A stretch of 64,000 nucleotides of DNA from Eledone cirrhosa (lineage: Eukaryota), in NCBI GenBank assembly GCA_964016885.1, contig OZ024743.1, positions 302,250,001 through 302,314,000 on the forward strand, written 5' to 3'. Below the pieces are notes generated by a model, which was not told where the DNA came from, ran no database searches, and saw only the letters and a program-made list of their open reading frames with translations. Positions 27,803-41,895 of this stretch are shown one piece after another; within the stretch, counting starts at the first letter, position 1; each line of letters starts with the position of its first letter. A program made the translations under genes and the position numbers.

Positions 27803-30054
27803 CATAAAATAATTTACGCACAGGCACACATACACACCACCATACACATATCAAACACAGTTGATTGTGGAAGTAACAGCCCACTACAATAGAGATGCAT
27901 ACACAAATGCACCCGTACACACAGACACATATTTACCGCCAAAATACAAGTTGGAGAAAATAGAACAGGATCAGAACAAAATGGGACAGATAACCGCAAT
28001 TATAGTTATTGTGAATGTCATAGAAGGTCATGAAAGATCATTGACAATAGTAAATGACAATAAACAACCACCTGGTTACTAAGCAAACTGAAACATGGAG
28101 AGTTAGCATAACTAATAATAAATCTTATATGAAGGATTTTGCGGTAATTTTAAATTTATAATGTGAACATCTCAAAGAAAAAATACGTTTATGAGAGTTG
28201 ATCACTTAGAAAATCGAGCAAATACTGCTAAGTACTTAGGCAAGTGGTCAGTGCCACCTGTAAAAATCTAAGTCAAGATGGCTGACACCATTCCTTAGCC
28301 ATTAGCCTAATGGAACTCCTTCAAGATATTTGGTGCATGTAGCTAAAACTACATTTGTATATAACTGTGTCTAGAGGTGCGTATATGCGAATTTGGAGAA
28401 TATCTAAATATTTCTCTCTCAGTAGAAGATAAATAATTTGTTTGTATTTTGTAAACTTGAAAAAGATTAAGGGCGGCAAAAAGCACGCAATTTAAGGGGA
28501 CAACAGAAAGGGAGGAAGGATAATATGCGGGGATGTAGATGGACACAGGCACAACGACAAAGAGGGAAGGAAGGAGGATATATATTTTAATGTATATCAA
28601 TGAAGCTAGTTCCTGTCTATCTATCGACATAAATGTCTTTATGAATCCTATCGGTCTCTTTTAATATCTTCTCTTTTAACATCTAACTACGCCTAATTTC
28701 TGTGGATCGTTTTATCTTCCATTCTATCTATATTTCTATCTACCTAACTACTTCCATAAGTATCTAAGTTGCTATGTAAATATATACCTACCTACACGTA
28801 TGTCTATTTAGCTGCTTGTCTGCCTGGCAAGAATGGAGAATTAATTCTGCTTGTGTATATAATAACCTTTATTATATCAGTAAATACAGTAACAACCTTT
28901 TGTAATTGATTTATATGAATGTAAAATGAAATACAGCAATAGTCTTTGGGAAAACAAATATCCCGTACTTGCAATAGTCTTAACTTAGAATGCTGTAATC
29001 AAATAATTGATACATTAAATATTATTTTTTATAGTATATCTATTAGCAAGTTAACAATTTGCCTGTGTATATATGCCTATCTTCTTCTTTCTGTATATCC
29101 ATATTTTTATATGTATATATGACTTAACGTATAAATGTGGATTAGTAAGTGTGTAATTACATGAAGTTCAAGACTTCATATTAAATACATCACAATGACA
29201 ATATACAGCAAAAGAGTAAAATGTGAGCTTATCAAATGTATATAGTACAACAATATGAAAAACAAGAATGTGAATTAAAAAAACATAAAAATAAGGTATA
29301 AAATGTGGATGTATGGATATATGAAAAATATAGATACACCCATATCTCCATATACATGCATATACATACAACCACGCAGCATGTACAAGCATAATAATAA
29401 GTACGTGCCAGGCGAATGCATACCAATGTGCACATTTGCAGAGATACAAGTACGCACACAGTTTGCAGCGAAACGTACACATAATACACAATGTATGTAA
29501 TACATACACTGAATACGTCTGGCATTTACAGGTACATCAAAGATTATAATGTAATATAGCAGCATCAGTGAGATTGTTCAGGCAGAACAACGTGCACTAG
29601 ATGATGAATAAATATCAATGGCGTAAGAGTGGAATTTTTCAGTAAAAGAGGGAATGTCCATGAATATATATATATATATATATGAGATCGTCTCGTTACT
29701 CTCTACAGCAAGCGGTAACAACCTTGATGACCACAGATTCCACATATATATATATTTATATATGCACACACGCGAACGCACTCGCACAAGCACACAAACA
29801 TACACGCACGTATATATATATATCGAAATTGAGTACATAAATTATGTAATATTCATTCATTATTTATTCAAAGTAATCCAACTTATTTTACAAACGGGAT
29901 AAATAAAGTATAAACCGTACACAATCCAGCAGACCTTCCTTTATTATAGTTTAGATAACACGAACATAGGCAATTGGCATCGATGTGGGAACAGAAACCT
30001 CTGCATGTAAAATATGAGGCTCGTAGCAGCCAATCTGATGCTGACCAGAATCAG

Positions 30055-30390
30055 ACAACATCAGTGGCCAAGCAGCTTAGATCTAAACACAGATAGTGAA
30101 TATTTCGTCTTAGCTTCTCAAGATGAAAGTTTATTAACTCAGAACTATCAATCAATATTGTGAGAGGCCATGTGATAGAAAATGGAGAGGAACCAAAGTG
30201 ATGATTCTGCAATGATAAAATTGAGATGGTAGAAGATTTAATCTCCGAATGCAAAGTTTTAGCACCATTGAATATACATTAAGGCATGACAATATTGGTC
30301 AATGTCTACGCTGGTAAATATGTCAGCATTTTAAAATCAGAATTGGGAACAAGTAATATAAACTAAGATTGTACCTGTGAGAAAAAATGC
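30055..30390 (+). mobile_element. R4/Dong-like (RLE-type) non-LTR retrotransposon fragment, zinc-knuckle region
   Basis: Relic peptides QDESLLTQNYQ and FCNDKIEMVEDLISECKVLAPLEYTLRHDNIGQCLRW*ICQ (CCHC plus RHD motif). Confidence 0.6.
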
Positions 30391-32287
30391 AACGATTCTT
30401 TCCAACAGCGCGGAATGTTTAACGTAGAGAACCGCGTTTGCGCAAGCGTGTTGCCAACACATAGTCCTGTTAAGGAAGAAAACTTCGATCGCTTTTTTGT
30501 TTTGTTTGGACTATTTGTGAAAATATCATAATCTATATAAGGTATTCGATTGACGTTTGGACATTATCTACTAATATTCAAAATAAATCTTGTGATATAA
30601 AGGCGTGTGTCTCAAGCGTGGTGGAATTGATTCAGAGACTCTCTTTTTCGATCTTAATGTACTATCAGATCGTTAGCTAAGTCGTTAATATATGACTGTA
30701 AAATCTCAGTTTCTACAGATACTGACAAACAGACACACATTTGTGTCTGTATGTTTGTGTGTGAGTGTGTGTATAACTATATGTGTGCATTCTAACGTAT
30801 ACGTGATTGTTATTTTTCTTTAGGTTGAATACACACAGAAACGGTTAAGAAGACGAACATTATTTGAAACATTATTTCAGATTCTTTCAAACACGAAATT
30901 TAAAGTTAAAATATTGTTTTTTTAAGAGTTAATTGGTGTTCTTTCGGTTTATGTTGATAGCAATCGCCGATTAAAATTTTCATTTTACCTTCCTTAATTT
31001 AGCTATGCATTTAATCAATTACAATAATTCTCTTTCATATTTTATTTACTCATTATCAAACAATTTAATTTAAAACTGCTTTAACTACTAATACATAATT
31101 TTGAATTCACATATACAAAATTGTTACTGATATGTAAAACAAAAGAGATATGTTTATTATTTATATTACTACGAAATAATTTCGAATCTATATGTACATA
31201 TCAATTAGGGAACGTACACCAAATGTACACCTATAAATGTTTATATGAACAAAATTAGGGCAAGTCATTTGTTGTTTTAATTAGTCATTTCTTCTTGCCT
31301 GCTTTGTATTCCTCCCTCTAAATATTTTTCCGTCACTCTGCCATTTTAAGCAATATGTATTCATTATTATCTCAATGTTTTCTCTTCTCTCATTTAAACT
31401 CTGTTAATTTGTATCCTTTGCATTGTTTCATTGTCTGTTGTGTATAATTCCCCCTGAATATGATATTTCCCTCATTCAGTCATTAATCGCTATGTGTTTT
31501 CCTTCATACTGCTTTTTTATTATTTGCTATCATTTCATTTTTCCAAACATGTCTGTCATTGGTAACACATTTTTGTAGTCTGTCTTTTATTCTTTCCCGA
31601 TATTTTTCTGTTTTATTATATCTTCTTACTGTTCTTATTTGATATCCCTATATTCATGTTTGATTTTATTTTCTGCTCTAATTCATAAGCTCCAAGCCTC
31701 TCCTTATTTCAATGTTTGTCTATCTCTCTTTTCTTGCTACACAATCATTCCCATTTGTTCTCTCTATTCTGGTTCAATTTACATTTGTTTACAGATAGAT
31801 GCATTCCTATAAAATTGTATAAAGGCTACGTAATTACCACGTTACAGAAGAGATGGAAACTAATAGTGAAATTCAAGTTTATGTCGCATCTTAATTGAAT
31901 GATCCTACCAAAAATATACTGATAAGGCTATGGAAAATATGCATTGTCATTTCACTACCACAAATATAAAATCATTGAAGGTTTAGTCTTGTACTTATTC
32001 CATCGCCAAAGCCATCTAACCTCAATTTATAGAATATTGAAGGAAAAATGAATTCAACCAAAGAAGTCAGAATGTTATGTCACATAGTTATCTCAGAGAA
32101 TCGAAAAAATCAATCGGTATCTTAGTGCGGAAACTGAAATAAATTATGTTACAAATGACATGCCACTACAAAATAGAGCTAGTGAAACTAACTAAACATT
32201 TATAGCGAATAATATCACCAGCTCGAAATGGAGAACCATCCATTATATACACAGCAAATAAAACTGGGCGAATCTCTATTTAAATAG

Positions 32288-32655
<368 letters not shown>

Positions 32656-32693
32656 TGAAATATAAGAATCAAAGAACTGTTCAAAACATTATT

Positions 32694-32742
32694 GTGCTTA
32701 CAGCTGTTTCCTCCAAACCGAGGTTTGGATTCTTCGGAGAAA
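32694..32742 (-). ncRNA. Variant hammerhead motif (mirror copy in inverted pLTR)
   Basis: Exact reverse complement of 36172-36220. Confidence 0.55.
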
Positions 32743-33436
32743 TTTATTAATGCATGGACAGTTATATGACCTCCTTTTCAGCCGAGAGACATAACGATAC
32801 ATATTCAAACATTGTGGGTCAACATTCATTACAGAATTTAGAGTGGCAGTACACACTTCGAGATTATATTTATATTAAGAGGTACAATCAAAAATCAAAA
32901 TACAGGTTAAAATACAACATGAAGATAAGCGGTTATATAGTGCATATGTTATATGTGTGGCACGCATGTGCGTCTTGTTTATATAGTGTGGCAGAGAGCT
33001 ATGTGTGGTAGAGGCACTTAGGTAGGTAAACAAGAGTGTTAGGTTGGTAGATCTGGTGGCAAATTCTTTATATGATTGATATAGTCTGTGTGTGGAGAAA
33101 TATTATAAGCATTAAAAATAGTGCAAGCATTAAAAGTGTTAAAAGTATTGGAGATGCACAGCGCAGGGAAGTCAAGTATTTCATGTACTTCGGCATTTTC
33201 ATGGTCAGGGGAGTGTATTTTTCGATTATATGCCCTTCACATAATCCACGACAATCCAGTTAGAGATCGTAGTCTGGTGTTCTTTAGTTCAATACAGGAG
33301 ACTGTTACGTTTCGAGAAACGCCATTGAATACCGGCCGGAAGTGTGTGTGTGGCTAAGGGGAGTTAATGCATAACATTTAATATAGAAAGAACTAGAAAA
33401 CATAAGACATTCAAAAACTTTAACCTTAGTATCACC

Positions 33437-34732
33437 ATGGACAAAAACACTAAAAATGTTAACTTCCTAGACGCCACACTATACCTAGACTCAAAAATAT
33501 ATACACCTTTCCATAAGCCTAACAAGAAACTTATTTACGTAGATACCAAGTCTAATCACCCTAGATCAATATTAAACTCTATCTCTAAGGGGGTGTCCAA
33601 TAGAATCTCTAGTCTGTCCTATGACGCAAACATATTTAGCAAAAACTCACAATATTACAATCAAGCATTAGCTAGCTCCGGCCATAATATAGAAATTGAG
33701 TTCCTACCTAAGAAAACACATAGCTACAACATCATCTCGCACAACATGTCCATGAGGAAACCTAATAATAGGAATAGCAACCACAAGTGCACCAAAGCGG
33801 AGGGAGCCACCGGAAGTAACCATTACCATGGAAACTACTGCGGGGCCTTAGGAGGAAGCAACACACCAAACACTAAAAGCAAAAATAGAAGAAGAAATAA
33901 TACATTTTTCAACCCTCCTTTCAACCTAAATGTCTCCACCAACATACCTAGGGCTTTCTTCTCACTACTAGATAAAAACTTCCCTCTAGGACACAAGTAC
34001 CACAACCTCTTAAACAAAAACACCATTAAAATCTCATACTCTACGACGGCTAACTTAGCATACCACATAGCTAGCAGCAATAATAGTAAAATTAGTTCTT
34101 ACTTCCAACAAACAAAATCACAACGGGATGCAAACCCTCTAAATACCACTGTAGCAAGCAACCATAGCAACGGCAGTAACAATATAAATAACACTAGTAT
34201 AAGTAATAACACCAGGGTTGTCAACCCGAACGCCCAAAATCCTAGAGCTACCACACAGACTTCGGCACTGCATTATAACCAGCGGACTAACGCACAGGAT
34301 AATTGTAACTGTAGAGTTAATAGAACCTGCCCTTTAGATAAAAAATGCCTAACCAAGGATATCATATACTCATGCACCGTCACAACTAGCAACTCTTCAG
34401 AAACCTATGTAGGCTCCACTTCTAACTGCTTCAAAATCAGATATAATTCGCACATCCACTCGTTCAAAAAGCACAGCCTAGCAAACTCCACTTCACTTTC
34501 TAGCTACATACACTATCTAAAATCTAAAAATAAACCATACACACTCAAATGGGAAGTGTTAGGCAGCGCGACCTCGTACAAACCACCTATTAAATGTTGT
34601 AACCTCTGTATACTAGAGACACACAATATTATCTTCTCCAACCGTAACCTACTTAACAAAAAATCTGAGGTGTTTGCAACTTGCCAGCACCGCTTCAGAC
34701 ATTCCTTCCAAAACTTTAAGCCCAATATATAG
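33437..34732 (+). CDS. PLE polyprotein C-terminal part: RT palm end and thumb, GIY-YIG endonuclease
   Basis: VNFLD, PFHKPN, SNHPRSI, FNPPF, CNCRVNRTCPL, DIIYSCTV...YVGST...FKIRY, CNLCILE and LLNKKSE. Confidence 0.88.
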   Translation: MDKNTKNVNFLDATLYLDSKIYTPFHKPNKKLIYVDTKSNHPRSILNSISKGVSNRISSLSYDANIFSKNSQYYNQALASSGHNIEIEFLPKKTHSYNIISHNMSMRKPNNRNSNHKCTKAEGATGSNHYHGNYCGALGGSNTPNTKSKNRRRNNTFFNPPFNLNVSTNIPRAFFSLLDKNFPLGHKYHNLLNKNTIKISYSTTANLAYHIASSNNSKISSYFQQTKSQRDANPLNTTVASNHSNGSNNINNTSISNNTRVVNPNAQNPRATTQTSALHYNQRTNAQDNCNCRVNRTCPLDKKCLTKDIIYSCTVTTSNSSETYVGSTSNCFKIRYNSHIHSFKKHSLANSTSLSSYIHYLKSKNKPYTLKWEVLGSATSYKPPIKCCNLCILETHNIIFSNRNLLNKKSEVFATCQHRFRHSFQNFKPNI

Positions 34733-36171
34733 CAATGTCGGACTGGAACCTAACACCACATCTAGCATCAAACACCAGAGACACACCTTATACTACATAC
34801 CCAACACTAACTGATCTATTATAATACAAACAACGACATCCCTCTGGAACCCTTCGCAGGGAGAATACCCATTTATACCTCTACGTCAGGTGTGACAACA
34901 TCCACCCACTTGAACGGCACTACACCGCTCTAAGGGTAAATTGAGCATGAATTGATCGGTTGGATAGTGTTGTGCAGAGGAAACACCTTCCTTAGACAGA
35001 TGAAAAATGTTTTAATCTAGTAACGCTGTTGACCAGTAGGAGCGGGCTGCTGAGCGCAGCGAGTGAATGCATTGCAACAGCCGTGCGAGTTGTACATATA
35101 TGGATGATCTGACGGTCAGAGAGGGGTCGTGAGGACTGCGGATTGACCTCTGGCCGGCCTGGGGATGATTATCTCTCGACATCCAATGTAGCAAGCGATG
35201 ACCCAGATCGTACCAGAGATCATTGGGTCCTGAAGCAATCCTGCAATCACCGCGCCTGGTCCTATGAGTAGACTACGACCACAGAGATCATTATTTAGAA
35301 TCCTCGCTCATCATCTATAATTTCCATTTGTGGAACCTTACGATGGGTTAATCCACCATAATAATATGATCACCTTCAGCATAACTTAATTAAACTACTC
35401 TATAGTTAATACACTTTATGCTTTAACCATTTCTCTTGGAGGATGCGCATCACCATAGAAATTAGGGTCTATATTGGGACACATTTTAATAGCTAGGTAT
35501 AGAAACCCCAGAGTTACCTCCCCGCATACATTAACTCCCCTTAGCCACACACACACTTCCGGGCGGTATTCAATGGCGTTTCTCGAAACGGAACAGCCTC
35601 CTGTATTGAACTAAAGAACACCAGACTACGATCTCTAACTGGATTGTCGTGGATTATGTGAAGGGCATATAATCGAAAAATACACTCCCCTGACCATGAA
35701 AATGCCGAAGTACATGAAATACTTGACTTCCCTGCGCTGTGCATCTCCAATACTTTTAACACTTTTAATGCTTGCACTATTTTTAATGCTTATAATATTT
35801 CTCCACACACAGACTATATCAATCATATAAAGAATTTGCCACCAGATCTACCAACCTAACACTCTTGTTTACCTACCTAAGTGCCTCTACCACACATATC
35901 TCTCTGCCACACTATATAAACAAGACGCACATGCGTGCCACACATATAACATTTGCACTATATAACCGCTTATCTTCATGTTGTATTTTAACCTGTATTT
36001 TGATTTTTGATTGTACCTCTTAATATAAATGTAATCTCGAAGTGTGTACTGCCACTCTAAATTCTGTAATGAATGTTGACCCACAATGTTTGAATATGTA
36101 TCAATGTTTGAATATGTATGGGTATGTCTCTCGGCTGAAAAGGAGGTCATATAACTCCATGCATTAATAAA

Positions 36172-36220
36172 TTTCTCCGAAGAATCCAAACCTCGGTTTG
36201 GAGGAAACAGCTGTAAGCAC
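36172..36220 (+). ncRNA. Variant hammerhead motif (CCGAAGA core) in PLE family B pLTR
   Basis: ct-CCGAAGA-a-tccaaacc(tc)ggtttgga-g-GAAA-cagctg-TA-ag, with palindromic stem III and weak proximal stem I. Confidence 0.55.
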
Positions 36221-36423
36221 AATAATGTTTTGAACAGTTCTTTGATTCTTATATTTCATATAACTGCTCTGTAAATCATCTGATGTTTTTACATTGAGCT
36301 ACTTAACTTACTGGTAATAAGGTAGTAATACATTACTGCCTACCACTATTTAGGGTGTGTGTAAAATACTTATAACTGCATAAGGTTTTGTATTTACATA
36401 ACCATAAATAGTATAACTAATAC

Positions 36424-36824
<401 letters not shown>

Positions 36825-37111
36825 AAAAGAATGAAACTAAATTTAGTACGGCTGATACCTAAATATAAGTATGTATACGCACATACATATATGTGTACAA
36901 ACGCTCAGTAGTATGTATATATATACATACATATATATATACATGTACACATATATATACATATATATATATGTACACATATATACATGTACATATGGGT
37001 TTACCGAACATTTATTATAATGATCGGTTTGTTTGTAAACCAACAGCCCGAATTACGCCGTACAGTGCTCGTCAACCATCGTCGCCCTTTTGTTCATCAC
37101 TGACACAGGAA

Positions 37112-37152
37112 CGATGTACTAGTTTCAAGCTTATTAGCTGTTGTCAGCATCG
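37112..37152 (-). ncRNA. Hammerhead motif family R1, core mutated (CTGACAA)
   Basis: Minus strand cgatg-CTGACAA-cagct(aata)agctt-GAAA-ctag-TA-catcg. Confidence 0.6.
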
Positions 37153-37895
37153 TATACATTTCTGTCAGATGATTGTACGTCTGAAAGTATATACTTTCCG
37201 TATGCATATTAACGGCTGAGCAGCCTAATTTGCATATCGAGTGAGTTAGTCGGCTGGGCATACCGAAAACGATAAATGGAAAAGAATGAAACGAAATTTA
37301 ATTTCTCACTTTTAGTACGGCTGGCTAATATCTAAATATACGTATTTATACGCACATGCATATATGTGTACAAACGAACAGTAGTATGTATATACATACA
37401 TGCACATATATACATATACGTGTGGGTTATACCGAACATTTATTACAATTTTCGGTTTGTTTCTAAACAAATAGTCCGAATTACGCCGTACAGTGTCGGC
37501 AACCATCGTTCCTGTGTCAGTGTTGAACAAAAGGGCGACGATGCTTGCGGAGAACTGTACGGCAAAATTCGGGCTGTTTGTTTACAAACAAACCGAACAT
37601 TATATTATATGTTCGCTAAACCCATATGCACATTATTTATGTGTACATGTATGTATATATTTACATACTACTTAGCGTTTGTACACATATATGTATGTGC
37701 GTATACATAATTATATTTAGGTATCAGCCGTACTAAGAGTGAGAAATTAAATCTCGTTTCATTCTTTTCCATTTATTGTATTCGGTATGCCCGGCCGACT
37801 AACTCACTCAATATGCAAATTAGGCTGCTCAGCCGTTAATATGCATAAGGAAAGTATATACTTTCAGACATTTAATCATCTGACAGAAAGGTATA

Positions 37896-37936
37896 CGATG
37901 CTGACGATATCTAATAAGCTTGAAACTAGTACATCG
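37896..37936 (+). ncRNA. Minimal type I hammerhead, family R1
   Basis: cgatg-CTGACGA-tatct(aata)agctt-GAAA-ctag-TA-catcg, with a perfect 5-bp stem I and one stem II mismatch. Confidence 0.75.
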
Positions 37937-38119
37937 TTCCTGTGTCAATGTTGAACAAAAGAACGACGATGGTTGGTGAGCACTGTACGGCGTGATTCGG
38001 GCTGTTTGTTTACAAAGAAACCGAACATTATAATAAATGTTCGGTAAACCCATACGTACATGTATATATATGTGTGCATGTATGTATATACATATACATA
38101 CTACTGTGCGTCTGTACAC

Positions 38120-38149
<30 letters not shown>

Positions 38150-38150
<1 letters not shown>

Positions 38151-38400
38151 ATTAGAATTGGTGCTCTGAAATAGCGATGTATATATGAATGTATATATAT
38201 AGTATATTTGGCAATATACTGTATGCTTAATTAAAAGCATTTTGAAGACCTTACGCTACTGTTTTAAAGTAGTGTCTATGTCACTTACTTCTTTTTTCAA
38301 CAAACAAAACTAGATAAGCTGACATATCTCTGTTTCATACTGTTGGTATTCCTCAGAGTGAAGCACTCCCTTGTTTGCTGAAAATTATGAATGTTGCATT
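38150..38400 (-). mobile_element. Family R2 repeat copy with hammerhead at 38318-38359
   Basis: Homologous to 8872-9110. Minus strand act-CTGAGGA-atac(caaca)gtat-GAAA-cagagatatg-TC-agc. Confidence 0.7.
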
Positions 38401-38404
38401 CTTA

Positions 38405-38665
38405 ATTTGACATACCCAGGAAACCTGACCTTATCGATAATATCTGGTTTCTTGGGTATGTCATCATTTATGAAATACATGTTGTATTTTATCTGATGAG
38501 GGCGTACCAAAATGTTGGTACCCTTGGAATAGATATGATAAAATGAATGTGGTTTTATAAATATAGTTTCCATTTATTAATATCATTGATATTATACTCG
38601 AGACAATGTGTAGGGTGCTTCGAATCTGTTTTGAATAAATTTGTTGAATATCCAACAAATTAAAT
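38405..38665 (+). mobile_element. Solo PLE terminus (family D-like) with decayed hammerhead at 38487-38543
   Basis: ttttat-CTGATGA-gggcgtaccaa(aatg)ttggtaccctt-GGAA...ataaaa. Downstream ttttataaatatagtttccattt is shared with the 57.8 and 63.4 kb copies. Confidence 0.72.
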
Positions 38666-38717
38666 ATATATATATATATATAATATAAGATCAAAAGATG
38701 GTTAAAGGAGTTCAATA

Positions 38718-38788
38718 TATTTTATTATGCGCATTTCAAAAACAAACATCATCAAACAATAATATTTGTGTTTTCATCAGATAAAACA
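38718..38788 (-). ncRNA. Type I hammerhead, family C (3' pLTR copy)
   Basis: Reverse complement of 41704-41774. Confidence 0.82.
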
Positions 38789-40009
38789 GGAGAACATGAT
38801 ATGAAGGCTAAAAAAACACTTGTTGATAGTGCAGTTTTAAATCAACATATGAAAAGTGGTTTTAGATTGATGTGTGATATTGGGAAAAATATTTTATTTA
38901 GAGAGGGGGGGAGAGAAAAGGATGAAAAGGGAAGGAGATGAGAGGGAGAGATGGGTGATAGAGAGAAAGAGATAGTTTTTATAACAGAGAGGAGATATAT
39001 TTTATATAGAGGGGTTGAAAACCGTTGGAAGATACTGTATAAATTAAAAATTTTGAAAATTAACGAAGGGAGGATATGTGCGAGGAAAAAATATATTATA
39101 TTTAGGGAGGGGTGGGGGTGGAAAGGATGAAAAAAAGGGAGGAGATGAGAGTGAAGGTGGAAAGGGAGAGATGGGTGATAGAGAGAAAGAGATAGTTTTT
39201 ATAACTGAGAAAAAGATATAATGTTTTAATATAGAGAGGTTGGGAACCGTTGGAAGATAATGTATAAATTAAAGGAATTTGAAAATTAACGAAGGGAAAT
39301 TATGTATGGAGATAGAGAGAAAAAAATAACGAAGGGAGATTATGTATGGAGATAGAGAGAAAAAAATAATAATTGTGGGTGAATATTCAAAAGGAGAAAT
39401 GTAGGAATCTTAAAATTAGCAAAGAGAAAAAGTTTATGTATAGGATTTGAGAAAAATTTATATTGAATTCATATGTATTAATAATGAGTTCGTTGATGGG
39501 GAGAAAAAAATAATAATAATAAATTAAGGATGAAATTGAGATTAAAAAGATTTATGATAGAGAGAAAAAATAATAATGATTGCGGATGAATACTCAAAAT
39601 GTCAAAAACAAATGTTATTGTTTTACGAAGAGATATAATGAGGGTGATGAGTAAACGGGTATTATAGAGTGTATAATGCCCTTTAAAGTAAGGTAGATGG
39701 GTATATTTTAAAGAATATATGAGTATATATTAAAAAAAATATATATAATAATAAATTAAGGATGAAATTGAGATTAAAAAGATTTATGATAGAGGGAAAA
39801 AAAAAAAAAATAATAATGATTGCGGATGAATATTCAAAATGTCAAAAACAAATGTTATTGTTTTACGAGAAGATAGGATGAGGTAAATGAATAAACGAGT
39901 ACTATAGAGTGTATAATGCCCTTTAAAGTAAGGTAGATGGGTATATTTTAAAGAGGTGTATGTATATGTGCCTTTGAGAAAAGATTCTAAATTGATAAAG
40001 AATTGAATA

Positions 40010-40404
40010 TTAACTGTATACTTTGTGAAAAGTTCTATGGAATTTATGAAGGCAGATGGAAAACAAATCCGAGCGTCTATTTATTATGGATTCTAGGTTA
40101 GAGATAATGGTAAATTTTTCATTTAGGCAGAGATTACAGATTTTAGATAGAGAACTGTTCAAGTACGAGGATGCAGAAGAAATCTTTTTCCAAAAGATGT
40201 TATATTTAATGTTTTTGTCTTTTAAGGACCATATGAGTTCTGAGAGAGCAGTGTTAGTTCTTTTAAGTTTGTATTTGAAAGATGAATGATGATTATAGAG
40301 ACGAGCTTTAAAAGAGGTGGAAGTGGAGCCAAAATAGGTGAAGGAGTTGGTGCTAGTTATAATTTTACATTCATAAATTAAGTTTTTATCGAGGCAATGG
40401 TTGT
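40010..40404 (-). pseudogene. GIY-YIG endonuclease C-terminal fragment of PLE family C
   Basis: CLDKNLIYECKI...YFGSTSTSFKARLYNH...CNLCLNEK...IINRRSD. The apparent N-terminus of the called ORF comes from the inverted arm. Confidence 0.85.
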
Positions 40405-41703
40405 TCCATAATAAATAGACGCTCGGATTTGTTTTCCATCTGCCTTCATAAATTCCATAGAACTTTTCACAAAGTATACAGTTAATATTCAATTCTTTAT
40501 CAATTTAGAATCTTTTCTCAAAGGCACATATACATACACCTCTTTAAAATATACCCATCTACCTTACTTTAAAGGGCATTATACACTATATAGTACTCGT
40601 TTATTCATTTACCTCATCCTATCTTCTCGTAAAACAATAACATTTGTTTTTGACATTTTGAATATTCATCCGCAATCATTATTATTTTTTTTTTTCCCTC
40701 TATCATAAATCTTTTTAATCTCAATTTCATCCTTAATTTATTATTATATATATTTTTTTTAATATATACTCATATATTCTTTAAAATATACCCATCTACC
40801 TTACTTTAAAGGGCATTATACACTCTATAATACCCGTTTACTCATCACCCTCATTATATCTCTTCGTAAAACAATAACATTTGTTTTTGACATTTTGAGT
40901 ATTCATCCGCAATCATTATTATTTTTTCTCTCTATCATAAATCTTTTTAATCTCAATTTCATCCTTAATTTATTATTATTATTTTTTTCTCCCCATCAAC
41001 GAACTCATTATTAATACATATGAATTCAATATAAATTTTTCTCAAATCCTATACATAAACTTTTTCTCTTTGCTAATTTTAAGATTCCTACATTTCTCCT
41101 TTTGAATATTCACCCACAATTATTATTTTTTTCTCTCTATCTCCATACATAATCTCCCTTCGTTATTTTTTTCTCTCTATCTCCATACATAATTTCCCTT
41201 CGTTAATTTTCAAATTCCTTTAATTTATACATTATCTTCCAACGGTTCCCAACCTCTCTATATTAAAACATTATATCTTTTTCTCAGTTATAAAAACTAT
41301 CTCTTTCTCTCTATCACCCATCTCTCCCTTTCCACCTTCACTCTCATCTCCTCCCTTTTTTTCATCCTTTCCACCCCCACCCCTCCCTAAATATAATATA
41401 TTTTTTCCTCGCACATATCCTCCCTTCGTTAATTTTCAAAATTTTTAATTTATACAGTATCTTCCAACGGTTTTCAACCCCTCTATATAAAATATATCTC
41501 CTCTCTGTTATAAAAACTATCTCTTTCTCTCTATCACCCATCTCTCCCTCTCATCTCCTTCCCTTTTCATCCTTTTCTCTCCCCCCCTCTCTAAATAAAA
41601 TATTTTTCCCAATATCACACATCAATCTAAAACCACTTTTCATATGTTGATTTAAAACTGCACTATCAACAAGTGTTTTTTTAGCCTTCATATCATGTTC
41701 TCC

Positions 41704-41774
41704 TGTTTTATCTGATGAAAACACAAATATTATTGTTTGATGATGTTTGTTTTTGAAATGCGCATAATAAAATA
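41704..41774 (+). ncRNA. Type I hammerhead, family C (inverted copy)
   Basis: tgttttat-CTGATGA-[16-bp AU/GU-rich stem II, one mismatch]-GAAA-tgcgca-TA-ataaaata, with 8-bp stem I and palindromic stem III. Confidence 0.82.
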
Positions 41775-41895
41775 TATTGAACTCCTTTAACCATCTTTTG
41801 ATCTTATATTATGCATACTCCAGTCCCACAAACTGTAGAGTGCTTCTTATCCGATATCTGCATTGCTTTATTGTACTACAATAAAACTCACCTCC

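Noticed and set aside
29531-29627. Exon-like segment ttacag...gtaag on the plus strand
   Set aside because: All three frames contain stops and no partner exons were found.
35195-35237. ATGA...TGA hairpin as a SECIS element
   Set aside because: The best pairing consumes the GA quartet, there is no apical AA in register, and the upstream ORF has no in-frame TGA.
37850-37882. aagtatatactttcag resembles the 5' end of U3 snoRNA and lies downstream of an octamer
   Set aside because: The match is only ~11 nt and no U3 box B, C or D arrangement follows. The unit is better explained as the R1 HHR repeat.
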